Below, one piece after another: positions 1 through 9,982 of a DNA stretch of 64,000 bases (its first letter is position 1; the number at the start of each line of letters is the position of its first letter). The notes under the pieces are model-generated. The model worked only from the letters and a program-made list of their open reading frames with translations. It was not told where the DNA came from and did not search any database. Position numbers and translations under genes: made by a program. Source of the DNA: an uncultured Spirochaetota bacterium (GTDB taxonomy: Bacteria > Spirochaetota > Spirochaetia > SZUA-6 > Fen-1364); assembly GCA_963734545.1 (NCBI GenBank), contig CAVTHO010000007.1, forward strand, positions 1 through 64,000. Reading direction: 5' to 3'.

Positions 1-2
1 TC

Positions 3-245
3 AAGAAGACCAAGGGTCCCGAGAAACCCCGCAGGAACGAGGGGGAGGATTCGATCCACGTGTCCGAAGAGGCCCGCTCCAAGGCGGAGGTCTACCAGGC
101 CACCGAGCTCGCCAAGGGCGCGCCGGCGATCCGCTGGGAGCTGGTCGAGGAGGTCAAGAAGCGCCTCCAGGACCCCAACTATATTTCCGATAAGGTGCTC
201 GACAGCGTGGCGCAGCGGCTCATGGAGTACTTCGAGATCACCTGA
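3..245 (+). CDS. flgM: Anti-sigma28 factor FlgM, 5'-truncated by the window edge
   Basis: Open frame from base 3. DSIHVSEEAR...R.ELVEEVKKRLQDPNYI matches the FlgM C-terminal pattern D.v.iS...R.ekV.eik..i..g.Y. Confidence 0.7.
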   Translation, partial: KKTKGPEKPRRNEGEDSIHVSEEARSKAEVYQATELAKGAPAIRWELVEEVKKRLQDPNYISDKVLDSVAQRLMEYFEIT

Positions 246-342
246 ACATGCGATAGCATGCGGCGTGTCGGAAGCAGGCAGGCGGAGGGTCCGGACGGGT
301 CTTCCGCCTTTTCTTTCTGAAGAGTCCCCCAAGGAGCAGGTC

Positions 343-1494
343 ATGCCGGACATAGGCTTTAGCGTTCCCACGGATATCAGGTTCGGGCTGGACGTGGCCA
401 ACCGGATCGCCGCCGTGGTGAGCGAGTACGGGGAGAGGGTCCTGCTGGTGACCGAGGCCATCCTGTACGAGGGCAAGGTCATCGAACGGGTGCAGGCTCT
501 TCTGGAGAAGAAGGGCCTCCAGCACATCGTGTACGACGAGGTGGTGCCCAACGCCACCAGCTCGGTGGTGGACGAGGGGGTCAAGCTGGCCCGGGGCGCC
601 CACGCGGACGTGGTCGTTGGCCTCGGCGGCGTGCGCACCCTGTCCGTGGGCAAGTGCATCGCCATGGTCGCCGCAGGGCAGGCCGAGATGGACGACTACC
701 TGTCCGGCGTGCAGCCCAAGGGCGCGAGCCTGCCCTATGTCGCGCTGCCCACCACCTGCCGCGACCCCTTCCTGCTGACCAACGAGTACCTGGTGACCGA
801 CTCCCGAGACCGCATGGCCAAGCTCGGCAGGGTCCCGGCCGGGCCCGCCCGCGCGGTGATCATCGATCCCCGCCTGAGCGCCACGCTGCCCCCCAAGTTC
901 ACGGCCGCGACCACCCTGATGGACACCCTTCTGGCGGGGGTCGAGGGCTACCTGAGCTCGCGGAACAACTTCCTTTCGGAGACCTTCTTCCTGCCGGCCC
1001 TGGAGCAGATCGGCAGGACCGTGGGCCCGCTGCGCGACGCGCCCGACGACCTGCGCGTGCGCATGCACGCCTCCACGGCGGGCCTCCTGGTCGCGCTGGG
1101 CCTGGTCGTGAGCCGCACGGGCGTGGGCGCGGCGCTGGCCTACGCCATCAACAGCCGCTTCATGGTGCCGAAGTCATGGATTTCCTCGATCCTGCTGCCC
1201 CACGTGCTGGAGTTCTACGCCGGGGTGGCGGCCGAGAAGCTGTCCACGGTCGCCGCCTTCCTGGGCGAGGAGGCCGCCGGGGGGTCGCCCGCCGAAGGGG
1301 CCGCCCGGGCGGTGGAGGCCGTGCGCCGCATCCTGGGCTCCCTGGGCCTTCCGGCTCGCCTGCGCGACTTCGACCTGAACCTGGACGACATGGTGGAGGC
1401 GGCAAGCACGGCTCGCGCCCTGGACATGATGAACTACCTGCCCCGCTCCGTCTCGGCCGAGGACCTGTACGAGCTGCTGAAGTCGGCCTACTGA
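343..1494 (+). CDS. Iron-containing alcohol dehydrogenase-fold protein with degenerate metal ligands
   Basis: PTDIRFG, VVGLGG, PTT and IIDP.L motifs of the Fe-ADH family. AAGGAG RBS before ATG 343. Confidence 0.85.
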   Translation: MPDIGFSVPTDIRFGLDVANRIAAVVSEYGERVLLVTEAILYEGKVIERVQALLEKKGLQHIVYDEVVPNATSSVVDEGVKLARGAHADVVVGLGGVRTLSVGKCIAMVAAGQAEMDDYLSGVQPKGASLPYVALPTTCRDPFLLTNEYLVTDSRDRMAKLGRVPAGPARAVIIDPRLSATLPPKFTAATTLMDTLLAGVEGYLSSRNNFLSETFFLPALEQIGRTVGPLRDAPDDLRVRMHASTAGLLVALGLVVSRTGVGAALAYAINSRFMVPKSWISSILLPHVLEFYAGVAAEKLSTVAAFLGEEAAGGSPAEGAARAVEAVRRILGSLGLPARLRDFDLNLDDMVEAASTARALDMMNYLPRSVSAEDLYELLKSAY

Positions 1495-1510
1495 GCGCCG
1501 GCGCCCGGCC

Positions 1511-2300
1511 GTGATCACCCTCGCAAAGCTGGCCAGCCTCCCGCCGCGAACCCGCCTGCGCAAGATCGCCCTGCTCCTGCAGCGCGCGGAGCTGGAGCTG
1601 GAACGCGGCGAGCGGGGGCGACCCGGAGCACTGGCGCGGCCTGGCGCGCCTGCTGGCCTTCGGACGTCAAGGCGGCCGCGGAGGTCCGCGCGCAGGCCGA
1701 GGCCCTGGCCGCTGCCGCGCTTCCCGGCTCGCCGACTCAGAGCCTGCGGCGCGCGCTCAACCGCACCCGGCACGCGCTGCTTTCCTCCCTCGGGGCTGAG
1801 CCGGCCGAGTGGGACCTCCTCGCCTCGGAGGGCGGCCTGGACGGTCGGCTCGCCGGGTGGTGCCCGTGAGCGTGTACCTGGAGGAGGTCCGCTCTCCCTT
1901 CAACGTGGGCGCCATGTTCCGCACGGCGGAAGCCTTCGGCGTGGAGCGCCTGCTGCTTTCCCCCCAGACCGCCTCGCCCCTGCACCCCCGCGCGGTCAAG
2001 ACGGCCCGCGGCGCCGCGGAGGTGCTGCCGTGGGAGGTGGCCGGCCTGGAGGCCCTGTCGGCGCGCGCCGGGATCGTCGCCCTGGAGCTGAACGGAGTGC
2101 CTCTGGAGCGCTTCCGGTTCCCGAATCGGGGCGTGCTCCTGGTGGGCTCCGAGGAGCTCGGACTGAGCCCGGAGGCGCTGGCTCTGGCGGATGCGGGCAG
2201 GGTCTCCATCCCCATGGCCGGCGCCAAGCGCTCCCTGAACGTGGCGGTGGCCTTCGGGATCGTGCTTCAGGCCTGGGTGGCCCGTCTGCCGCGAGCATAG
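1511..2300 (+). CDS. TrmH/SpoU RNA methyltransferase (frameshifted in this sequence)
   Basis: C-terminal frame has LEEVRSPFNVGAMFRTAEAFG, VGSEELGL and IPMAGAKRSLNVAVA. The N-terminus is in another frame. Confidence 0.85.
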
Positions 2301-2335
2301 ACTGTCAGGTGCGCCGCGATGCCTGCGGGCAGCCC

Positions 2336-2645
2336 TCAGGCGAAACGCACCGCCCGCCAGGGGAGAAACGATGCGTAGCCGCGGTCGCGGTAGCGCCACA
2401 CCCGAACCTGCCTGCCCGTCACCAGGCGGGCGAGCATCGGCTCGATGGTGGACAGGAGCTCCGGAGGAACCTGCCGCGCCGTCCCGGCCAGAATCGAGCG
2501 GGGCAGCAGCGCGGCCAGCTCGCGGTCCGGCAGCCAGGCCTCCAGGCTCTCGCCGGACTCCGCGGTGACCCGCAGGCGGGCCTTCAGGCGTTCGTTCTCT
2601 AGAACCGGGCAGGGCCTCCTCGACCCTGCCCATCACGTTTTTCAT
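2336..2645 (-). CDS. Hypothetical protein of about 100 aa, one apparent frameshift
   Basis: MKNVMGRVEEALP joins a frame reading LENERLKARLRVTAESGESLEAWLPDRELAALLPRSIL...FLPWRAVRFA with GC3-rich codons. Confidence 0.55.
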
Positions 2646-2731
2646 GGTTTACCCCCGACAGGAACAACGGGGGCAGGAGGCGGGCCGCTTGGCGTCCGGG
2701 TGTCGGGCGTCAGGCGTTCAGGCGGGATCCA

Positions 2732-3154
2732 TCAGGCGGGGTTCAGCACGACCTCGTGGGTGACTTCGGCGCTCTTGGAAAGCATGGCGTTCACGGCGCA
2801 GTATTTCTGCAGCGAAAGGGCGATGGCCTTGTCGATCTTCTCCCGGTCCAGCTCGGAGCCCTTCAGGATGTAGCGGATGAGGATGCGCTTGTAGACCTGG
2901 GGGTGCTCCTCGACGCTCTCCCCCTCCACCTCGACGGCGAGGGAATCGAAGGGCATCTTCATCTTCTGAAACAGCGAGACCAGGTCCATGCCCGTGCAGC
3001 CGCCCAGCGCGCTCAAGACGAGGGGCTTGGGGCGGGGGCCCTGGTTCTTGCCGCCGAACCTGGGGTCCGCGTCCACGGTGAAGCGGTGGCCCTGCAGGTC
3101 CACCGTGAAGCTCATGTCGCCTCTCCACTCCAGGGTCGTCTTCGTTGCCGCCAA
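2732..3154 (-). CDS. OsmC family protein
   Basis: GPRPKPLVLSALGGCTGMD and SLQKYCAV two-Cys OsmC motifs. Confidence 0.9.
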   Translation of the reverse strand: MAATKTTLEWRGDMSFTVDLQGHRFTVDADPRFGGKNQGPRPKPLVLSALGGCTGMDLVSLFQKMKMPFDSLAVEVEGESVEEHPQVYKRILIRYILKGSELDREKIDKAIALSLQKYCAVNAMLSKSAEVTHEVVLNPA

Positions 3155-3176
3155 GGTTTTCCTCCGGCCGGCGCTT

Positions 3177-3407
3177 TCAGCGCTTGAGGGCGCGCTCGAT
3201 CTCCGGCTGATTGAAACCTACAATGACTTTGCCGTGGATATCAATCACGGGTACGCCCATCTGGTGGGACTTGCGGACCATCTCCTCGGCTTTCCGCGGA
3301 TCGGCCGCGACGTTGTACTCGGTGAACGGGATGTGGCGCTCGCGGAAAAAGTTCTTCGCCTTGGTGCAGAAGCCGCAGCTCGGCGTGCTGTACAAGGTAA
3401 CGGACAT
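3177..3407 (-). CDS. NrdH-like glutaredoxin
   Basis: YSTPSCGFC, GVPVI and GFN motifs. GGAGGAG RBS. Confidence 0.9.
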   Translation of the reverse strand: MSVTLYSTPSCGFCTKAKNFFRERHIPFTEYNVAADPRKAEEMVRKSHQMGVPVIDIHGKVIVGFNQPEIERALKR

Positions 3408-3429
3408 ATCTCAACTCCTCCTTGTTTGA

Positions 3430-3451
3430 TATATATGAAAACTAATATATA
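3430..3451. promoter_or_regulatory. Candidate repressor operator overlapping the glutaredoxin-osmC promoter
   Basis: TATATAT-N8-ATATATA dyad in a very GC-rich background. A minus-strand TTGACA lies at 3462-3467. Confidence 0.45.
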
Positions 3452-3463
3452 AAGCTCGTCCTG

Positions 3464-3772
3464 TCAAGCCCCTGCGGCCGGGCTGCACGGATCGCCGTCT
3501 CGGGTGCGGTGTATGGCGGCCGAAGGCCCAGGCAGCGCAGGCTCCGGCCGGTGGACCCGCTCCAGCAGCGCCGAGCCGAGCGCGGCGAGGCCGAAGGTGG
3601 TGATGACCAGCAGGAACCGCCCGGCGGCAGCCTCCCCGAAGCCCAGCTTCTGCGTCAGGAACAGCGTCAGGAAGGGGAAGATGAAGCTGCCGGCGGAGTT
3701 GATCACCCGGGAGGCGAACAGGAAGTATACGGGACGACTCAACCCGGAGTAGGTCGAAAAGATCCCTCTCAT
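3464..3772 (-). pseudogene. Internally deleted MFS transporter remnant
   Basis: MRGIFSTYSGLSRPVYFLFASRVINSAGSFIFPFLTLFLTQKLGFG is an MFS TM1 region, but the ORF is only about 100 aa. Confidence 0.65.
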
Positions 3773-3801
3773 GCCCGCCACGGCGGCCGCGCCGCCCGGC
3801 C

Positions 3802-5290
3802 TCAGAAGCGGGAGGTCTGCTGGTCGAAAACGCCGGCCAGGCGGCCCTGGATGCGGTCCAGCTGCCCGTCGTCGGTGATGCCGAAATCCAGGAGCACCCG
3901 CGAGTCGACCTGGTCGTGGACGATGCGTTCGCGCTCCAGGTCGGCGATGCTGTTGGCCAGGTACACGCTGAACACCACGTCGCGGTGCTCCTCGGGGCAC
4001 TCCATCGGGGAATGGTGGAAGCGGATGGCGGCCACCAGCTGCTCCGGGAAGTTCCATTTCTTGGCGATCAGCGCGCCGACCTCGGCGTGGTTCAGGCCCA
4101 TGGAGAAGCTCTCCAGCATCTTGCTGGGGATCTCCTTTTCCTTGCAGAACTTCTTGATGTTCTCCAGCAGGTCGGGCCGCAGGCTGGCGATGATGATCTG
4201 GCCCAGGTCGTGCAGGATGCCGCCGACGTACACGTCGTCCAGGATGTCCCTGCGCCTGCGGAAGCTCTTGGCCAGGTTGTAGGCGTAGAAGGCCGTGCGG
4301 TAGGCGTGCTGCCACATGGAGCTCATCTCGGTGTACTTGGTGCCCAGGATCTTCTGCGTCCCGTGCGTGTACAACAGGTTGCGCAGGCCCTTCATCCCCA
4401 CCAACTGGACCGCCTGCACGATGTTGTCCACGCGCTTGGGCAGCATGAACTGCGCCGAGTTCACGAGCCTGAGCAGGTCGGCGGTGAGGGCGGGGTCGGT
4501 GGAGATCTGGCGGGCGATGTCGCTGAGCTCCGATTTGGGGTCGGAGATCAACTTCTGCAGTAGCATGATGTTGTCCGGAAACTGCGGGAGGTTTTCCACC
4601 TCGCGGATGATCTGCTGGGTGAGCAGGTCCATCTTCTGGATCCTGCACCTCGGAGAAGGGAATGGCCAGGGAAGCGACCGTCTCGCCGTTCTCCACCTCG
4701 ATGCGGAAGGCATCCTCGTCCAGCCCGATCTTCTTGAGCATCAGGATCAGGATGACGATCCCCAGGCCTGCGCCCTCCGAGGTGTCCAGCACCGTGGCGA
4801 AAGCCTCCTCCATGGAGCTGAAGGCCCGCGAGCGGGCGATGCGGTCGAAGATGCGGATCTGCTCGGTCTTGGTCATCTCCACGTTGTTGCGCACGGAGAT
4901 GGTGAAGTTGCGCTCCTTGGCGTGGAACACCACCTTGATGTAGAGGCCCTGCTCCTTCTGCCTCTGGAGGTAGTGCTGGATGTTCTCCAGCGTGTCCTCC
5001 TTGAAGGTCTTCATCCCCAGCGTGTAGTGCGAGGGGTTGTTCAGGTCCAGGCCCTTCTCCGAGAAGTAGGCCCTCTTGGTGTTGGCCTTCTTGGCGTTGA
5101 CGGCCAGCTCCCGCAGGCAGTAGGCCAGCTGATCCTTGACCTCCACGTTGCCCAGCTCGGCCAGCAGCGCGGTCAGAACCTCTTCCAGGTACTCCTCGGT
5201 TTCATGGGGAAGCGTGAAGGTCTTGAAGGTCAGCGGGGTGGCGCTGTGGGCAGCGCGTTTGATTTGTTCAGTGTCGATCTGCGGCGCCAT
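3802..5290 (-). CDS. HATPase-like + HDOD domain signalling protein (frameshift near 4645)
   Basis: N-terminal RELAVNAKKAN and GAGLG boxes. C-terminal LPQFP, ISTDPALTADLLRLVNSA, GILHDLG and KWNFP HDOD motifs. Confidence 0.85.
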
Positions 5291-5304
5291 CGAGATTGCC
5301 CTTG

Positions 5305-5333
5305 AGAATACCTGTCATGGGCTGGGTTGTCAA
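5305..5333 (-). promoter_or_regulatory. Sigma70 promoter for the HDOD gene
   Basis: TTGACA-17-TATTCT on the minus strand. Confidence 0.6.
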
Positions 5334-5412
5334 GTTGCTTCGCGGGGTCTCGTGCCTGCAGCTGAGGGCCCGCCGCGTGCGGCTGAGAATCGACAGGACC
5401 TTCCCCATTTCA

Positions 5413-5441
5413 TTGACTTCCGGCCTTGGAATACCTATAAT
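5413..5441 (+). promoter_or_regulatory. Sigma70 promoter for the SDR gene
   Basis: TTGACT-17-TATAAT. Confidence 0.7.
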
Positions 5442-5508
5442 TCCCGATCTACAAGCCATTCCGGACCGAGCGACGGCGCGCCCGGGTCGGTAACAAGGAG
5501 CACAGCGA

Positions 5509-6298
5509 ATGGACTTCAAACTCCATGACAAGGTTGCATTGGTCACTGCCTCGACCGGGGGAATCGGACTGGCGATCGCCCGCACCCTCGCCCAGGAAAA
5601 AGCCACCGTGATCGTCAATGGGAGGACGGCGGACTCCGTATCACGCGCTTGTGAAAGAATCAAAAGGCGCTGATCCGGACGCCAGGCTGCAGCAATTGGT
5701 CGCGGACAACGGCACCGCTGCCGGATGCGAAAAGACCATCAAGACTTACCCGGACGTCGACATTCTCGTGAACAATCTCGGAATCTACGAATCCGTCGAT
5801 TTTTTCGACTGCACCGATTCCCAGTGGCAGCACCTCTTCGAGGTGAACATATTCAGCGGCCTTCGGCTGGGAAGGCACTATTTACAGCGCATGCTGAAGC
5901 GCAACAGCGGGCGCATCGTGTTCATATCTTCCGAATCCGCAGTCAATCCGGCGCCCGAGATGGCGCATTACAACGCGACCAAGCTCATGCAGCTCTCCCT
6001 CTCCCGCAGCATGGCGGAGCTCACCAAGGGAACCAACGTCACGGTCAATTCCGTGCTGCCGGGTCCGACCAGGACCGAAGGGGTCGAGAAATTCATCAAG
6101 AGCCTTTTCCCCGACATGGAGTACGAAGCTGCCGAGAAACGCTTCATGAAGGAAAACAGGCCGACCTCCCTCCTCGCCCGGCTCATCAGGCCCGAGGAGC
6201 TGGCGGCGGCGGTGGCCTTCCTGTGCAGCCCTCTGGGGTCCGCGGTCAACGGTGAGAGCATGAGGGTCGACGGGGGAATGATCCGAAGCGTGGTGTAA
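5509..6298 (+). CDS. SDR oxidoreductase (frameshift near 5660)
   Basis: [11 protein letters not shown] after ATG 5509, then [13 protein letters not shown] and VDGG in the second frame. Confidence 0.85.
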
Positions 6299-6306
6299 AC
6301 GCCAGG

Positions 6307-6333
6307 GCGGCCGGCGGCACGCCTGCCGGCCGC
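6307..6333. terminator. GC hairpin between convergent genes
   Basis: GCGGCCGGC...GCCGGCCGC inverted repeat with no U-tract. Confidence 0.35.
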
Positions 6334-6342
6334 GCCGCAAGC

Positions 6343-7322
6343 TCACTTCACCATCAGCCGCGTCAGCTTCCCGCGCTCGGTGGTGGCGACGGCCATGATG
6401 ATGGCGATGACGCCCAGGATCACGAACTGGATTTCGCGCCCCAGACCCATCATGAGCAGTCCGGATTGGATCCAGGTGATGATGATCACGCCCAGCAGCG
6501 TTCTCTGCGGGCCGCCGATTCCGCCCCTGAGGGAGGTTCCGCCGGCGACGACGCTGGCGAACAGGGGGATCATCATTTGCCCGCCGATCTCCATCGACCA
6601 TCCGCCCTGCTGGGATACGTACAACACCCCGGCCAGCCCCGCCAGGAAGCTGCTCAGCACGAACACGATGATCCGATGCCTGTCGACGTTGATGCTGGAC
6701 AGCGCGGCGGCCCTGGGGTTGCCGCCGATCGCGAAGACCCGTCTTCCAAAGGGCGTTGTCAGCCGACAGCACCGTGCACAGGAGCCAGATGCCGAGGGCC
6801 CAGTAGAAAATCGACGGCAGGCCTGCGATGAACGTGACCGAGAGGCTGCGGAACCTTTCATGCTCCAGCAGGTGAAGGAATCCCCTCGAAGAGAGCAGCG
6901 AGATCCCATCGAGGACCACCGAGATGCCGAGCGTGGCCATGAACGAAGGCACCTTCAGCTTGGCGAACAGGACGCCGTTGATGAACCCGATGGCGGCGCT
7001 CACGGCCAGCGCGAGCGGAATGACCAGGAGCCCTATCTTCTCGATGTAAAGGACGCACAGCAGCGCCGACAGCTTCATGACGCTCACGACCGAGAAATCG
7101 AAGGAACCCATCATGATGACGAGGGTCAGGCCGCAGGCGGCAATGAGGAAGTAGGACATGGCGTACACGATGGTCACGATGCCCTGGTAGCTCAGGAAGG
7201 AAGGATTCAGTATCTGGAAGATGCCGATGACCACGATGGTGGTCACGATGGGCATGATCGTGGTCGTCTTCAGCCGCCTGCGAAGACGGGACGGGCGTCG
7301 GCGCGGCGCACGGTTCGCTCAT
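6343..7322 (-). CDS. CUT2 (RbsC-like) sugar ABC permease, frameshifted
   Basis: GSFDFSV, VPSFMATLG, TPFGRRVFAIGGNPRAAALS and VVAGGTSLRGG.GG motifs spread over different frames. Confidence 0.85.
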
Positions 7323-8295
7323 GTGATATCCACCCCCTTCATCCGCGTACCCTTGGAGCTGATTATGACGGACAGGATGAGCACGATTCCCACGACCAGA
7401 TCGATGACCTCCGGTCGGAGCGGCGAGAGGTGCAAGCCGCGATACAGGATGGAGAAGGTGAACACCCCGAGGATCGTCCGGTGAGGACCGCCGCTTCCGC
7501 CCACCAGCGGAGTCCCGCCCAGGATGATGGCCACGAGGGGCCTGACCACGTTGTTCATGTTGAAATCGACCGGCGCCGAGCCCCCCAGGTGCCCGAAGAG
7601 AATGATGGACCCGATCCCCGTGAAGGTCCCGCTCAGCGTGAAGGCGATGATCTTGTACCGGTCCACGTCGATGCCCGCGAGCCTCGCCCCCTCTTCGTTC
7701 GAGCCGATGGCGCAGAAATAGGCGCCGAGCCGGGTGCGCAGCACGACGATGATGGCGGCCACGATGATGGGGATGGACCAGCAGGAAAGGGGTCGGAACG
7801 CGCGGGAGGATCGACGCCGTTATCCATCCGAAGCCCTTCACCGGCCGAGGGTACCCTCCCGAAAGCACCACGGTCAGCCCCCAGTAGGTGATGAGGATGG
7901 CGCAGCGTCAGGATGAAGGACGGTATCCTTCCTTTGGTGTGGACCACGCCGACGATGAGCCCGGTCGCCAGCCCCAGGAGCGGAAAAACCAGCAGGGCCG
8001 CGGGACCGATGACGGGCGTGAGTATCCAGAGCAGGACGCTCCCCAGCATCCAGACGCCGATGAAGGACAGGTCCATGGAGCCGAGAAGCATCACGATGGA
8101 AGGCCCGAGGGAGAACAGCATGAGGGTGACAAACTGCCGCAGCGTGGCCGTGAAATTGACGGGTGAGAGAAAGCGCTTCGTGTACAGGGCCGAGAAGATG
8201 ACCACCAGCCCTACCACGATGAAAATCACCGGGTAATTCTTCGTCGCTTCCCACGCGCCGCGAAGGCCTGTTTTATGCTTGGTTGTATGGTTCAC
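7319..8295 (-). CDS. CUT2 sugar ABC permease, frameshifted
   Basis: GSMDLS, IPSFILTL, RTRLGAYFCAIGSNEEGARLAG and ILGGTPLVGGSGG motifs. Confidence 0.85.
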
Positions 8296-9827
8296 GTTTT
8301 CAGCACCTCGCTGAGCTGTTCTGCGCTGATGCGTTCCGCCACCCTTCCCTGCTTCATGAGCAGGACCCTGTCGCACAGCGTGGAATACTCCTTCAAGTCG
8401 TCGCTGACGAGGATCATGGACATGCCTGCTCTTTTCATCGACAGGACGGCCTGATAGATGTCCTCCCTCGAGCCGACGTCTATGCCGATGGTCGGGTCTT
8501 CCAGCAGCAGGATTGCCGGGTTCTTCTCGAACCACTTCCCGACGGTGACCTTCTGCTTGCTGCCTCCGCTCAAGGAGCTGATGAGCGTGTTGACGTCCGG
8601 GGTCGTGATGCGAAGCTGTTCCACGATTCTGGCGGCCAGGGCCTTTTCTGCCTTGAAACGCAGAAAGCGCAGGAATTTCCCCACCACCTTGCTGATGTTC
8701 AGAATCGATATGTTTTTCGTGATCGGCCAATCGTGAAGAAGCTCATTCGCGGTATCGCCGGAAAAATATCCGACTCCCCTCGAGAGCCTTTTGTGCGCCG
8801 GTTCATTCTGCCTGGCTTCCCGGCCCTGCAGCAGCAGCGTGCCCGAATCGTGGCTTCTCAGCCCGGCGATGGTTTTGATGATTTCGCTCTTTCCCGACCC
8901 GGCCGGTCCGAACAACCCTATGCACTCGCCGCGGTGAAGGTCGAAAGAGATGTCGTAGAAGCAGCCGCGCGTCGTCAAATCCTTCGCGGAAAGCACCACT
9001 TCGCCGCCTTCGGCCGCGTGCGGCCCTTTTTCGTGCGGCTGCGCCAGGATTTCTCTGCCCACGATGGCCCTGCTGAGGTCGTCTTCGGTGGCTTTCTGCG
9101 CGGACATGTCGAAGTAGCCCACCCGTTTCCCGTCGCGGAGCACCACCACCTCGTCCATGTATTCCATCACTTCCTGCATGATGTGGGTCACGTACACGAA
9201 GGAGGTGTTGCTCTTCATCCGCAGGATTTCACCCAGCATTCCGCGGCGCTCCTCGATCGTGAGCGGCGCGGTCGGTTCGTCCAGAATGATGACCGAATCG
9301 GTCGTGTCCCTGTTCTGCTCGAGGCGTATCCTCAGGACCGCCTTGGCTATTTCCACCATCTTCTGTGTGGAGAGGGGCAGATCGTACATGAAATCCTCGA
9401 TATCGCACTGGACGTGGAACTCTTCGAGGATCTCACGGGCGTGCTGTTTCATCTTGCCGATCTGCAGACCCCATCCCCTCTCGTGTTTCTCCTCATTGCC
9501 GAGAAACAGGAACTGGTACACCTTGATGCTGGGGATGACGCCCTTCTCCTGGTACACGATGGAGATGCCCTTCCGGGCGGCTTCCTTCGGATTCCTGGGA
9601 AACGGCACGACGACGCCGTTGTGCTCCCATTCGCCACGATCCGGCGCGTGAATGCCGACCAGGATCTTCATGAGGGTGGTCTTCCCCGCGCCGTTCTCCC
9701 CGACGACGCCGACGATTTCGTTCGGGTAGACCTCCAGGCTTACATCGTCCAGGGCGCAAACGACCCCTCCGAAGGTCTTCGATACGTTCTTGACACGCAG
9801 AATCGGGGCGCCCGTTTTGTTCACCAT
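8292..9827 (-). CDS. Sugar ABC ATP-binding protein with tandem ABC domains (RbsA-like)
   Basis: GENGAGKTT Walker A, ILDEPT, LSGGSKQK and DPTIGIDVG. Confidence 0.93.
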   Translation of the reverse strand: MVNKTGAPILRVKNVSKTFGGVVCALDDVSLEVYPNEIVGVVGENGAGKTTLMKILVGIHAPDRGEWEHNGVVVPFPRNPKEAARKGISIVYQEKGVIPSIKVYQFLFLGNEEKHERGWGLQIGKMKQHAREILEEFHVQCDIEDFMYDLPLSTQKMVEIAKAVLRIRLEQNRDTTDSVIILDEPTAPLTIEERRGMLGEILRMKSNTSFVYVTHIMQEVMEYMDEVVVLRDGKRVGYFDMSAQKATEDDLSRAIVGREILAQPHEKGPHAAEGGEVVLSAKDLTTRGCFYDISFDLHRGECIGLFGPAGSGKSEIIKTIAGLRSHDSGTLLLQGREARQNEPAHKRLSRGVGYFSGDTANELLHDWPITKNISILNISKVVGKFLRFLRFKAEKALAARIVEQLRITTPDVNTLISSLSGGSKQKVTVGKWFEKNPAILLLEDPTIGIDVGSREDIYQAVLSMKRAGMSMILVSDDLKEYSTLCDRVLLMKQGRVAERISAEQLSEVLKT

Positions 9828-9896
9828 GTCCAACCGCCTCCAGCTCCCCCAGACACCAATCTCCTGCAGACAAACTTTATACAACCCTTTTTGAGA

Positions 9897-9937
9897 AGGA
9901 GCGCAGCCTTTCTCCGCGAGGAGAAGGTTGCGCTCCT
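9897..9937 (-). terminator. Intercistronic stem-loop downstream of the SBP gene
   Basis: AGGAGCGCAGCCTT(T)CTCC-GCGA-GGAGAAGGTTGCGCTCCT long stem. Confidence 0.55.
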
Positions 9938-9982
9938 GTTTGTCATCCGCTCGGCTCGCTAGCCGAAGCAATAGCTCGGACT

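Noticed and set aside
2700-2742. Short TCAGGCG repeats
   Set aside because: Three short, irregularly spaced GC-rich copies; not a CRISPR array or iteron set.
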